In this document: positions 20,442 through 30,949 of the stretch, one piece after another
Layout of the letters: every line of letters starts with the position of its first letter
Numbering within the stretch: the first letter of the stretch is position 1
Source: Ilumatobacteraceae bacterium
GTDB lineage: Bacteria > Actinomycetota > Acidimicrobiia > Acidimicrobiales > Ilumatobacteraceae
Direction: 5' to 3'
NCBI GenBank assembly: GCA_963778175.1
Contig: CAVZTM010000018.1
Coordinates: 31,628 to 95,627, forward strand
DNA: 64,000 nt
The notes under the pieces: model-generated
The model's input: the letters and a program-made list of their open reading frames with translations, nothing else
Told to the model about the DNA's origin: nothing
Databases searched by the model: none
Made by a program: the position numbers and the translations under genes

Positions 20442-21427
20442 GTGGACACGGATCTCGATCGGCTGGCGGTAGAGCACCAGTTCAGTGGGGTGGTCGGGAT
20501 CGAGCGCGATGGTGAGCTGCGGACGCGCGCCTACGGCCTCGCCGATCGAGCGCACGGAGTCGTGAACACCGCCGAGCACCGCTTCGGGGTCGCCAGCGGC
20601 GCCAAGACCCTGACCGCAGTCGGGGTGTTGTCCGTGGTTGCCGATGGACTCCTCGACCTCGATGCTCCCGTTCGGGGGATGCTCGGCGACGAGTTGCCGC
20701 TCGTCGATGATCGGGTGACGCTTCGGATGCTCTTGAACCACCGGTCCGGCATCGGCGACTACTTCGATCAAGACACCAACGCCGACAAGCTCGGCTACTC
20801 GATGCGCGTTCCCCTGCACACGCTGGACGGTTCGGACGGCTACCTGGCTGCACTCGACGGCTACCAGCAGAACTTCGTGCCCGGCACCCAGTTCTCGTAC
20901 TGCAACAGTGGCTACGTGGTCCTGGCAGTCCTGCTGGAACGGGCGACCGACATGCCGTATGCGGAGGTCATCGCCGAACGCGTCACCGGTCCCGCCGGCA
21001 TGATGCGACACCGAGTTCCTCCGCATGGACTCACTCCCCGGCGACGCCGCCATCGGATACCTCTTCGCCGACGGCCTGCGCACGAACGTGCTCCACCTGC
21101 CGGTGATCGGATTCGGTGACGGGGGCGTCTTCACGACCGTCGGGGACGTGCATCGCCTCTGGACTGCGTCTGATCGAGGGCCGCCTCGGCGACGACGTGC
21201 TGTCGACGATGGCCACGCCGCCGGTTGCGCACGCCCGGTACGGCATGGGCATGTGGCTCGACCAGCCACATGGAGCGATGACGATGGAGGGCATGGACAC
21301 CGGCGCGTCGTTTCGCTCGACACGCTTCGTCGACGGCACGACGTACAGCGTGCTGTCGAACACCACCGACCGGGCGTGGCCGATCGCCGAGCACGTCGCG
21401 GAGATGGTCGGCTCCAGCGCGGGGTGA
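20442..21427 (+). pseudogene. serine hydrolase / beta-lactamase-family protein, two frame changes (~21005, ~21160)
   Basis: SxxK motif (FGVASGAKTLTA) and YCNSGYVVLA are in ORF 20124..21119. The continuation GYLFADG...GDGGVFTTVGDVHRLW is in 21025..21486. The end RYGMGMWL...SVLSNT is in 21116..21427. GTG 20442 is the assumed start. Confidence 0.75.
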
Positions 21428-21466
21428 GCGCCGAAGGTCCGGGTGTCGCTGGCCAGGAGGGTTCGG

Positions 21467-22471
21467 CTAGCGCCGCGCACCCATGAACATGCCTTTGAGC
21501 GCCTCGTAGTGCTCGATCACATGTCCGGCGCCGAGCACCACCGCTTCGAGCGGCACGTTCGACATCTTCACGGGGACCTCGGTCTCACGTTCGATGCGTT
21601 CGGCGAGTCCGCGGAGCAATCCCCCACCGCCGACCAGATACATGCCGCGCACGAGGAAATCCTGCGACAGCTCGGGCGGCGCCTTGGAGAGGCAGCGGAT
21701 GACCGAGGCGACGATCGACGACACGACGTCCTCGATGGCGTAGCGCACCTCTTCGGGCGTCAGGATCACGGTCTTGGGAAGCCCGGTCATCAGGTCGCGG
21801 CCACGGACCTCGGCCTGGTTCTCGTCCGGTGTGGGGTCGGCCGAGCCGATGGCGACCTTGATCTCCTCCGCGGTCCGCTCCCCGATGGCGATGCCGTGCT
21901 CGCGCCGCACGTAGTTCTGGATCGCGGCGTCGATGTCGAACGATCCGACCCGCACCGCTTCGAGGGCCACGATGCCACCGAGACTGATCACCGCCGTCTC
22001 GCTCGTACCGCCGCCGATGTCGATGACCATGTTGCCGACCGGCTCGTCGATCGGAAGGTCGGCGCCGATCGCCGCCGCCATCGGCTGCTCGATCAGGTTC
22101 GCATCGGCGGCGCCTGCCCGGCGGGCGGCATCGGTGACGGCTCGACGTTCCACCTCGGTGATCGCCGACGGCACGCAGATGACCACCTTCGGACGCGTGA
22201 AGCGGCTCACGCCGACACGCTGCAGCAGCAACCGGATCATCCGCTCGGTGATCTCGAAGTCCGTGATCGCTCCACCGCGAAGGGGGCGGACGGCGACGAT
22301 GTAGCCGGGCGTCCGGCCGATCATCTGCCACGCCTCACGACCGGTCGCCAGCACCTCCCCGGTCTGGCGGTTCAGTGCGATCACCGACGGCTCGTTCAAC
22401 ACGATGCCGCGGCCCTTCATGTAGACGAGCGTGTTCGCCGTCCCGAGGTCGATGGCGAGGTCACGTGCCAC
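21467..22471 (-). CDS. mreB: rod-shape-determining actin homologue MreB
   Basis: Intact 334-aa ORF with LAIDLGTANTLVY, MVIDIGGGTSE, LVGGGGLLRGL. Confidence 0.95.
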   Translation of the reverse strand: MARDLAIDLGTANTLVYMKGRGIVLNEPSVIALNRQTGEVLATGREAWQMIGRTPGYIVAVRPLRGGAITDFEITERMIRLLLQRVGVSRFTRPKVVICVPSAITEVERRAVTDAARRAGAADANLIEQPMAAAIGADLPIDEPVGNMVIDIGGGTSETAVISLGGIVALEAVRVGSFDIDAAIQNYVRREHGIAIGERTAEEIKVAIGSADPTPDENQAEVRGRDLMTGLPKTVILTPEEVRYAIEDVVSSIVASVIRCLSKAPPELSQDFLVRGMYLVGGGGLLRGLAERIERETEVPVKMSNVPLEAVVLGAGHVIEHYEALKGMFMGARR

Positions 22472-22510
22472 GGGGCAGGGTCCTCGGGTCTCGCGTCGTC
22501 ACAACCTTCA

Positions 22511-22717
22511 TCAGGCACCATCATCGTCGGTGGAGCGGGTGTCGGACGGTTTCATCCGCTCCGACGTCTGTCGACGCGCTTCGGGTGACAGTGCGTCGAT
22601 CTGCCGACGGAAGGAATCGATGTTGTCCGGCTGATGACGATTGCGGCCGGATCGAGCGGCCACCGTCACCGAAACGATCGCGACGACGGCGATCACCCCG
22701 ATCACCCAGAAGGTCAC
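22511..22717 (-). CDS. small single-pass membrane protein (about 68 aa), hypothetical
   Basis: 3' part of ORF 22511..22894 from GTG 22717: VTFWVIGVIAVVAIVSVTVAARSGRNRH..., then a charged tail. Lies between moaE and mreB on the same strand. The upstream part of the ORF is the alternate frame of the moaE repeat. Confidence 0.45.
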   Translation of the reverse strand: MTFWVIGVIAVVAIVSVTVAARSGRNRHQPDNIDSFRRQIDALSPEARRQTSERMKPSDTRSTDDDGA

Positions 22718-22721
22718 GGGT

Positions 22722-23249
22722 TCACCCCGTGTCCGACGCAGAACGGGCGTCCGACGCAGAACGGGCGTCCGACGCAGGACGGCCGACCGATTCAGCGGGA
22801 CGAACCTCGTTGGCGCCGGTTCCCCAGTCCGCGCCGTCGGCCCAGACCTCGTGCTTCCAGATCGGAGCCGACTCCTTGAGTGCGTCGATCGCATACCGGC
22901 CCGCCTCGAACGCCTGGGCTCGATGCGGCGCCGACACCACGGCCACGACGGATGACTCGCCGATCTCGAGTCGACCGACCCGATGCAACAGCGCGACCCG
23001 ACCGGTGTCCGGCCACCGGCGACGGAGCTCGGCGCCGATCTCGCGAAAGCGGGGCACGACCTGATCCTCGTAGGCCTCGTAGGTCAGGTACTCGACGCCG
23101 TCGCGGCCCTCGGCGTGATCACGAATCGTTCCGCTGAACAGCACGACCGCACCGCATCGCGGGATCACCGCCCACTCGTAGGCAGCGCTGATGGGCAACG
23201 GCGCCTCGGTCACGGCGAACCACTCGTCGGAGTCGGGAGGGGCCTGCAC
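22722..23249 (-). CDS. moaE: molybdopterin synthase catalytic subunit MoaE with repetitive C-terminal tail
   Basis: ORF 22722..23444; likely GTG start at 23249. Contains GAVVLFSGTIRDH, YEAYEDQ, ESSVVAVVSAPHR, APIWKHE. The tail is ASDARSASDARSASDTG. Confidence 0.85.
   Translation of the reverse strand: MQAPPDSDEWFAVTEAPLPISAAYEWAVIPRCGAVVLFSGTIRDHAEGRDGVEYLTYEAYEDQVVPRFREIGAELRRRWPDTGRVALLHRVGRLEIGESSVVAVVSAPHRAQAFEAGRYAIDALKESAPIWKHEVWADGADWGTGANEVRPAESVGRPASDARSASDARSASDTG
22731..22784. repeat. 18-nt tandem repeat x3 (GTCCGACGCAGAACGGGC) inside the moaE 3' end
   Basis: Copies at 22731-48 and 22749-66 are identical. The copy at 22767-84 has 2 mismatches. The repeat is in-frame (6 codons per unit). 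Confidence 0.85.
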
Positions 23250-23296
23250 AGTGGCAGCGTACCCATGCGCTCTCGTCCCGCGGCCACGCTCATCGA

Positions 23297-23881
23297 ATGG
23301 GGTTGTACGATCTCGCATTCGTGGAACCCGGGCCGTTGCCTCCTCATGAGCGAACGTGGCGCCACCCGTCCGAACTCGGGCCGACCCGCGCCGACGTCGA
23401 TGCCGGACCCCACCATCACCTGGCCGCGTTGACCTTCGGAGCACTCGCTGTCATGGCCGTGATCGGCATGGTCGTGGCGATGACCCCCAGAACCTCCTCG
23501 TCGCCGGTGGCATTGAACGCAACGACGGTTCCGGCGACCGTCTCGACCGAGCTGATCGCCCAGCCGCGAACGGCAACGGCGTCGACGGCCGGCTTCTCCG
23601 GGTCACGCATCCCGATCGGGGCACTGTTGACCTCGTTCGCCTCGATGCCGCATGCCATCGCGTCGGCCCCACCGCTGACCCTCGACGGCACCGCCATCGC
23701 CGCTCGCCTCCCGCGAGCCGACGACCTGGTGTTGGTGCGCACCGACGAGGTGACCTACGAGCTCCCGTGGGGTCAGGTCGGCTTTCTCGAGGCGCCGAAC
23801 GGTTCGGTGGTGTTCGATGCCGATGGAGCGCTGGTCGCCCGCATCCTCGACGGGCGCGTCGTCACGATCGTCGGCGACTGA
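23297..23881 (+). CDS. hypothetical single-pass membrane protein
   Basis: Intact 194-aa ORF. Cytoplasmic N-terminus with PPHERTWRHPSELG, TM segment LAALTFGALAVMAVIGMVVAM, and a ~130-aa C-terminal domain. I recognise no family. Confidence 0.55.
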   Translation: MGLYDLAFVEPGPLPPHERTWRHPSELGPTRADVDAGPHHHLAALTFGALAVMAVIGMVVAMTPRTSSSPVALNATTVPATVSTELIAQPRTATASTAGFSGSRIPIGALLTSFASMPHAIASAPPLTLDGTAIAARLPRADDLVLVRTDEVTYELPWGQVGFLEAPNGSVVFDADGALVARILDGRVVTIVGD

Positions 23882-24918
23882 ACCGACGACGGATCACCAT
23901 CGCCACGATCGCCGCGACGACCAACGAGCCCGCAACGCCGGCGCCGAGTGCCAGTTCCTGACGTCGCTTCGGCGAGACCATGGTCCACCACGGCGCCTCG
24001 GTGCTCTCGACATAGGTCTGCTCGTTGGTGACGGTCGGGGTCCAGCCGACCGCACGCAGGCGACCGTTGGACACCACCCACGGCTCGCGGGTGTACGAGC
24101 GCAGGCCGGGCGGGATCGGGCCGCGCTGGAAGCGCCACCTCAGACCGGCCAGCACCTCACCGAGACGTTCCGGTAGGGGCAGGCGCGGTCGCTCACCCGA
24201 CAGTGCCCGCACCCGCTCACCGGCGACCCAGCCGTCGGGGGCCACGTTGTAGACACCGTCGAGACGCTCCGTCACCGCCAGCACGACCGCCGCGGCCAGG
24301 TCGTCGAGATGCAGGAACTGCGACGGTGGGTCCGCCTCGGCGAGTCGTCGGCCCAGTCCGGACACGAGCGCTGCGGCGAGCCTCGAGTTGCCGCCACCGG
24401 CAAGTGAGACCGCGGGCCGCAACACGCAACTCGCTCTCCCCTGCCCCGCTCACCCGCCACTGTTCGACGAGTTCCTCCGCCGACGCCAGTTGCCGAGCGA
24501 AGACGAACTCGACGTCGGGTCGCAGCGTTGCCTCCTCGGTCAGTGGAACCGGGTTGTTCGGCAACGCTCCGTACACCAGCGCCGACGACACGAAGACGAC
24601 CTGACTCGCGCCGCACCGATCAGCGATCGCCAGGGTCTGGGCGGCGAACTCCGTGGCGCTCTCGCGTCGAGCGGCCCGAGCGTCGTAGTCACTGCTGCCG
24701 AGGTCGACCACCACGACCACGCCACGTCCGGCCGTCTCCTCGGGGGCCTCGAGCGCCACGTCGATGGACCGATCGGCGAGGAGACGACGCACCCGACCTC
24801 CCAACTCGCCGGTGGCGCCGTGGAGGACGACGATCACGTCGGACCGAACGCGGCGCAGGAGTCCATCAGGCGAACGATAGCGACGCGAGGCGCCGCCAGG
24901 TTCGCCAACCCGTAGCAT
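23862..24918 (-). pseudogene. NAD-dependent epimerase/dehydratase-family (SDR) protein with C-terminal TM, one frame change near 24430
   Basis: N-terminal half VIVVLHGATGELGGRVRRLL...VVFVSSALVYG is the tail of ORF 24217..26472. The C-terminal half is in ORF 23862..24425 (FLHLDDLAAAVVLA, YNVAPDG). Confidence 0.7.
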
Positions 24919-24924
24919 CAGACC

Positions 24925-26124
24925 ATGGCTGCTGATGACGAGTACGGCGAGTCGGTCGATCCGTTCGCCGGTCTCCCGCTTTTCGGTGATCTGTCCCGGG
25001 CCCTGTCCGGACAGGGCCCGCTGAACTGGGATGCGGCGCGCCAGTTCGCCGTCCTCGCGGCCAGCGGCGGCGGGTTGCTGGCGGGCACCGGTGTCTCCAC
25101 CCCGGCCAACGTCGACCCGGCGGTTCGCATCAAGTACGGCGAGCTCGCGGCGATCGCCCGGCTGCATGTCGCCGATGTGATGCAGTTGGAGGTGCCGACC
25201 ACCGAACCGTCCGTGGCCACCCCGGAGCAGTGGGCCCAGCAGACGCTCGAGGCCTACCGTCCGTTGTTCACCGATCTCGCCACGTCGCTCGGATCGAGCG
25301 AGGACCTCCCCGCGGAGATGGCGTCGGATCCCATGGCCCAGATGATGGCCGGGCTGGGCAAGATGATGGCGCCCGCGATGATGGGCATGAGCGTCGGCTC
25401 GATGGTCGGCAACCTCGCTCGACGAGCCTTCGGGGTCTACGACCTGCCGATCCCGCGGGCCACGCCGGCACTGGTCCTCGTGCCGAGCACCATCGACACG
25501 TTCGCCGCCGACTGGGAGATCGAACTCGACGAGATGCGGCTGTGGGTCCTCGCCCACGAACTCGCCGGTCTCACCCTGTTCTCGATCGACCACATCGCGA
25601 CGCATCTGCGATCGCTCGTCCAGCGCCACGTCGGCGCCTTCCGACCGGACCCCTCTGCGATCACCGACAAGCTCACGTCGCTCGACATGGACCAGAGCGA
25701 TCCGATGGCCGCGATGCAGCAGGCGTTCGGCGACCCCGAAGTGCTGCTCGGTGCCGTTCGCTCGCCGGAGCAGATCGCGCTCGAACCCGAACTCGATGCG
25801 GCCGTGGCCGTCACGATCGGTGCGATCGACTGGGTCGTGGATGCCGTGTCGGTCCGCACGATCGGCGGCAACGCGCTGCAGATCGCGGAGGCCGTGCGTC
25901 GCCGGCGGGCGGAGACGTCGCCGGACGACATCTTCGTGGAACGGTTGCTCGGGATCCGCCTCGGCGCCGAGCAGACCTCCCGTGGCAAGGCGTTCGTCCA
26001 GGGCGTGGTCGATCGGGCCGGGGAGCACGGCTTGGCGCCGTTGTTCACGGATCCCGATGCTCTGCCGACCCCGAGCGAGATCGAGGCCCCCGGCCTGTGG
26101 CTCGCCCGCGTGACCGGCGAGTAG
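24925..26124 (+). CDS. DUF2342-like (zincin-like) protein
   Basis: Intact 399-aa ORF with a Met-rich segment PMAQMMAGLGKMMAPAMMGMSVGSM, then WVLAHELAG where an HExxH motif would be expected. Family assignment is from memory of the architecture. Confidence 0.6.
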   Translation: MAADDEYGESVDPFAGLPLFGDLSRALSGQGPLNWDAARQFAVLAASGGGLLAGTGVSTPANVDPAVRIKYGELAAIARLHVADVMQLEVPTTEPSVATPEQWAQQTLEAYRPLFTDLATSLGSSEDLPAEMASDPMAQMMAGLGKMMAPAMMGMSVGSMVGNLARRAFGVYDLPIPRATPALVLVPSTIDTFAADWEIELDEMRLWVLAHELAGLTLFSIDHIATHLRSLVQRHVGAFRPDPSAITDKLTSLDMDQSDPMAAMQQAFGDPEVLLGAVRSPEQIALEPELDAAVAVTIGAIDWVVDAVSVRTIGGNALQIAEAVRRRRAETSPDDIFVERLLGIRLGAEQTSRGKAFVQGVVDRAGEHGLAPLFTDPDALPTPSEIEAPGLWLARVTGE

Positions 26125-26129
26125 CTCGA

Positions 26130-27336
26130 CTCCGGTTCGATCGCGGTTCCAGCAGGACGGGTTCGATCCGTCGATCGTCTCCCCACCAGGTAGACACTGG
26201 TTCCCGTCGCTGCCAGGCCGACGATCAGGAATCCGACGGGTCCCGAGACCTGGATGGCCACGGCGAGGAATGCTCCGAGCGCCCACGCGAGCTGGAACCG
26301 GGTTTCGAACACGGCGAACGCACGGCCGCGGTTCGCGCCCGGTGCGTCTCGCTGCACGATGCTCTCGAAGTTCAGTCGGCCGAGCGCGGCCATCAGGTTG
26401 AGGACCCCGGCGAGCACGATCGCTCCGACCGGCCCGCCGAGCGCGGCAACGCTCAGGCCCGCCACGGCGCACACGAGGAGCGAGACGCTCAACATCGTCT
26501 CCTCACGCACGCGCGTCCGCACCTTCGAGGCCACCGCGTTGCCGGCCATGGCCGCGACCGCCGACAGCCCGACGACCGCGGCGAACCATGCCGTTCCCTG
26601 GTCCTGCGATCGGAGCCAGAACGCGAGATGGAAGAACGTGAATCCGACCATCGCCCGCAACACGGTCATGGCAATCGCGGCGAGTTCGATGTTCCCGGTG
26701 TGGAGCTCGCGGGACTCCTCGGCGTCCGCCACGTCCGCAGCAACCACCTCCGACGGGAGTCGGGTCGCCGCGATGAACGATGCGGCGAACAGCAGTGCGC
26801 TGAACACCAGGGTTGCAGGGGCACCGCTGAGCTTGAGCAGGGCGGCCGCCGGGAGGACCACGACGGCGCCGGTCAGTCCGGCGATCAGGCCGAGCTTCGA
26901 GTTCGCCTCGACGAGCTCGGTCTCCGATCTCACCGTCGACGGCACGATCGCCGACTTCGACACCGCATAGGTCTTCTGCAACACCAGTGATCCGAAGACG
27001 AGCGGGAACAGCGCGAGCGCATCGAGGTAGGACGCCATGAGCAGCGTCGAGCAGGACGCGAGCGACGGCGACGAGCTGGATCACGAACCGGCGTCCGCCG
27101 GCAACCCGATCGATCACCGGGCCGATGAGCGGCGCCACGATCAGGAACGGCGCGAAGCCGAGCGCCAGGAACAGCAGGACCCGGGAACGGGCCGCGCCGA
27201 GGTCGATGTCGAAGAAGAGCGAGTCCGCGAGCGCGACGACCATCGCGGCGTCGCCGCCCATCATCAGGGCGTGGGTGATCGCGAGGCGGCGGAACTTCGA
27301 CGCTGGTGGGCGCCGGGAGTGCTGCTCCGGTTCCAC
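26130..27336 (-). pseudogene. MFS transporter downstream of regX3; frame change near 27040; 3' end not definable
   Basis: N-terminus FRRLAITHALMMGGDAAMVVALADSLFF...LIVAPLIGPVIDR is in ORF 26503..27513. The remainder is in ORF 25437..27038. There is no in-frame stop before it enters the antisense of the convergent gene. Confidence 0.65.
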
Positions 27337-27391
27337 CGACCCGAGCTTACGCGTCGCTCCCAGTGAGCGTCGGCGAGGTCGGGCGTGACGC

Positions 27392-28090
27392 TCAGGATCG
27401 TTCGTACTTGTAGCCGAGGCCGCGGATCGTGATGATCCGCGTCGGGAACGCCGGATCGGGCTCGATCTTCGAACGCAGGCGCTTGACGTGGACGTCGAGG
27501 GTCTTGGTGTCACCCACGTAGTCGTTGCCCCACACCCGATCGATCAGCGTCTCGCGGGGCAGCACCCGCCCCGCGTTGGCGAGCAGGAGGTGGAGCAGCT
27601 CGAACTCCTTGAGCGGCAGGTTCAGTTCGTCGCCGTTGACCGACACCCAGTGCTCGTCCGGATCGAGGCGAACGTCACCGACTTCGACCATGCCCGGGGT
27701 CAACGTGACGACACCGCCGCCGGTGTCCGAGCGCCGCAGCACGGCACGCATGCGAGCGACCAGTTCGCGCAGTCGGTACGGCTTGGTGACGTAGTCGTCG
27801 GCGCCCACCTCGAGGCCGACGACCGTGTCGATCTCCGCTCCCTTGGCGGTGACCATGATGATCGGGACCTGGGTGCGCTTGCGGAGCTGGCGACACACGT
27901 CGACGCCGCTGATCTTCGGCAGCATCACGTCCAGCAACACCAGATCCGGGTTCACCCGGTCGAACATCTCGAGCGCTTCGGCGCCGTCGACGGCCACGAC
28001 GACCTCGAACCCCTCTCGGCGCAGGCCGATGGTCAGCGCCTCGACGAAACTCGCTTCGTCCTCGACGACGAGTACGACGCCCTCATTCAC
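27392..28090 (-). CDS. regX3: OmpR-family response regulator (RegX3/PhoP type)
   Basis: Intact 232-aa ORF with VLVVEDE, LVLLDVMLPKISG, a winged helix LTPKEF-like LPLKEFELLHLL, and IITIRGLGYKY. Confidence 0.9.
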   Translation of the reverse strand: MNEGVVLVVEDEASFVEALTIGLRREGFEVVVAVDGAEALEMFDRVNPDLVLLDVMLPKISGVDVCRQLRKRTQVPIIMVTAKGAEIDTVVGLEVGADDYVTKPYRLRELVARMRAVLRRSDTGGGVVTLTPGMVEVGDVRLDPDEHWVSVNGDELNLPLKEFELLHLLLANAGRVLPRETLIDRVWGNDYVGDTKTLDVHVKRLRSKIEPDPAFPTRIITIRGLGYKYERS

Positions 28091-29270
28091 GATGTTGACT
28101 CCTCATTCTCGGTTGACGCGAAGGTATCCATCGGTACGTCACCCGGACGTCGAAGCACGAGGGTCGCGGGCAGCCGGAGCACGAACGTCGAGCCCTCCCC
28201 TTCCTGCGACGACACCAGGACCTCACCGCCGTGGTTGGTGGCGACGTGGCGCACGATGGACAGCCCCAGCCCGGTGCCACCGGTCTCCCGGCTGCGCGCC
28301 TTGTCGACTCGGTAGAAGCGTTCGAACACCCGGTCGAGGTCACGGCTGGGAATCCCGATGCCCTGGTCGGCGACCATCACCTCGACCGCGGTGTCGTCGA
28401 CCCGGGTGCGCACCTGCACGACGTCACCCGGCATGGCTGTACTTCACCGCGTTCTCGACGAGGTTGCCGACCGCCGACAGGAGCTGGCGCTCGTCGCCGC
28501 GGATCCACACGGTCGTCGGGCGCATCGAACGTCGAGATCTCGACCCCGCGCCCGTCGTCGACGACGCGGCCACGAGCGATGGCGGACTGCACGACCGAGG
28601 TGAGACTCACCGGCGTGTCGCCGGGCCGAACCGATTCGATCTGCGACAGCTTGAGGAGGTCGTCGATCGTCCGCACGGCCCGATGCGATTCCTCCACGAG
28701 CAGGTCGGCGAGCCGGTGGACGACCTCGGGTTCGGTCTCGTCCATCAGCGCTTCGGCGAGCACGGCGATCGCTCCGACCGGGGTCTTGAGTTCGTGGGAG
28801 ATGTTGGTGACGAAGTCCGTGCGCATCGAGTCGGTACGGACCCGCTCACTGACGTCCTGGATCGTGGCGACCACGCCACCGCCCGGGAGTCGGGTCGGCA
28901 GCTGATCGCCAGCCAGGTCTTCGGTGGTCCCTGCAACTCGACGGATCGGGCCGACGCGGTCGACCGGCCTGGGCCTCGGTGATGATCGACGCCAGATGGT
29001 CGTCGACGAGCACACCGATGAGGGTGCCGCTGAAGGCCGACGCCGGCCGAGGTTCCGGTACACGATGCCGATCCGCTCGACGCCACGACGACGCCGATCT
29101 CGAGGTGATCGACGGCGCTGACCAACAGCGCGGACACGTCGGCGTCCTGCGCGCGCGCTTCGCCGGCCGTCGTCGACGTCGGTCGAGCGGCGCGAACGCA
29201 CGACACGCTCGACGAGCACACCGACCACGATGCCGACGACGACGAGCCCGACCGCCGCGGCAACGACCAT
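28087..29270 (-). pseudogene. senX3: sensor histidine kinase (SenX3 type), at least six frame changes
   Basis: TM segment [23 protein letters not shown]-like pieces are spread over three frames ([19 protein letters not shown] / IGIVYRNLG / [25 protein letters not shown]). His[17 protein letters not shown]; N-box LLSAVGNLVENAVKYS; G-boxes DQGIGIP and GGTGLGLSIV (ORF 28087..28434). The stop overlaps the regX3 start. Confidence 0.8.
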
Positions 29271-29273
29271 GGA

Positions 29274-30001
29274 TCAGCCGTCGTCGGTTCGGGCCGCCGA
29301 CGACCACGGTCGGCGGGTCGTTGTCGCTCTCGGGGTACGGACGGTCGGGCAGCCAGCCGTTGACGATGTAGCGGGTCCGGTCCCCGACGTTGACCGCATG
29401 GTCCCCGATGCGCTCGTAGAACCGGGCGACGACCGCGAGCTGGACGGCGACCTGCAGGTCGATGTTCCCGGCGGCGTGGCTCTCGAAGATCACCTGGATG
29501 AACTGGCGCTGCAGGTCGTCGAGGTACGCGTCCATGTCGTGCAGGGCCGCGGCGCGGACGCCGTCGAGGTTGAGGTACGCCTCGGTGGCCTCCTTGAACA
29601 GCACCTGGGCCTGGTTGCCCATCTTCTGGATGACGCCCGCGTAGGTGCGGATCGAGTTCGTGACCGTAGATCCGACGTGCGGCCTTGCAGATGTTGACGC
29701 ACAGGTCGGCGGACCGTTCGACGTCGGCGATGATCTTGATCGCCGACACCACACCGCGGAGGTCTCCCGCGACCGGCGCCTGCAGCGCGATCACCTGAAG
29801 CACCGCTCCTCGAGGTCCAGCGCCCGCTGGTCGTACTCCTCGTCGCCGAGGATCATGTACTCGGCGCCTTCGAGATCCTTCGTCGAGCAGGATCTCGGTC
29901 GCCCGCGGGATCAGTTCGGTGACGCCCGCCGACATGCGAGCGATCCCGATCTGGATGTCGGAGAGCTGGACATGGAACTCGGAGCGGAGTTGCTCGGTCA
30001 T
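29274..30001 (-). pseudogene. phoU: phosphate signalling regulator PhoU, about 3-4 frame changes
   Basis: Starts [23 protein letters not shown], with ATG overlapping the pstB stop by 1 nt. Contains [31 protein letters not shown]. The second repeat [19 protein letters not shown] is in ORF 28846..29754. The TGA at 29274-29276 just before senX3 is out of frame with that last piece. Confidence 0.8.
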
Positions 30002-30949
30002 CAGCCGAACCGTCCGGTCACGTACTGCTCGGTCCGCTCGTCGTCGGGCCGGCGAGAACATCTGCTCGGTCGGGTTGTACTCGACGAGCAGACCGGTGCG
30101 ACGGTCGCTCTCGGGGTTCACCTCGGTCGTGTAGAAGGCGGTCATGTCGCTCACGCGTGCGGCCTGCTGCATGTTGTGGGTGACGATGACGATCGTGTAC
30201 TGCGCCTTGATCTCCCGCATGAGATCCTCGATGCGAGCCGTCGCGATCGGGTCGAGCGCCGAACACGGCTCGTCCATCAGGATCACGTCGGGCCCGACGG
30301 CGACCGCACTGGCGATGCACAAGCCGCTGCTGCTGGCCGCCCGACAGGCTCAGGCCGGACGACTTGAGGCGGTCCTTCACCTCGTCCCACAGCGCCGCAC
30401 CGCGCAGCGACTTCTCGACGATCTCGTCGAGTTCGGCGTGCTTGCGCATCCCGGCGAGCCGCGGGCCGTACGCGACGTTGTCGTAGATCGACTTCGGGAA
30501 CGGGTTCGGCTTCTGGAACACCATGCCGATGCGGCGCCGGACCTCGGTGGCATTGACGGCGGGGTCGTACAGATCGACGCCGTGGTAGTTGATCGAGCCC
30601 TCGACCTTCGCGGTCGAGATGAAGTCGTTCATCCGGTTGAGGCAGCGCAGCACGGTCGTCTTGCCGCAACCCGACGGGCCGATGAACGCCGTGATCTGGT
30701 TCTTGCGGATCTTCATGGTGGCGCCGCGGACCGCCCGGAAGTCGCCGTAGAGCACGCTGACGTCGTTCATGTCGAACACGACCTCGGCCTCGAGATCGAC
30801 GCGTGCTGCCGTCCGCGGCGACCGGGCGCGTCGTGAGGGACTCCGCCGGACCTGCGTCCACGTCGGTCGTCTCGCTCGCTCGTGGTGGTCGGTTCCATGT
30901 TCGACTCCTGTGGGTGCTGCGGGTCAGGGGGGTTGATCGAGTCGGTCAT
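30001..30949 (-). pseudogene. pstB: phosphate ABC transporter ATP-binding protein PstB, about four frame changes
   Basis: Walker [12 protein letters not shown]; signature LSGGQQQRL (ORF 30018..30779). Walker [14 protein letters not shown] and [12 protein letters not shown] are in the ORF 28745..30322 frame. The canonical end [13 protein letters not shown] is in a third frame. ATG 30949 overlaps the pstA stop. Confidence 0.85.

Noticed and set aside
22725-22894. N-terminal part of ORF 22511..22894 with the RTPVLRRTPVLRRT repeat as a repeat protein
   Set aside because: It is the alternate reading frame of the moaE 3' tandem repeat. Only the part from GTG 22717 onward (TM helix plus tail) looks like a real small protein.
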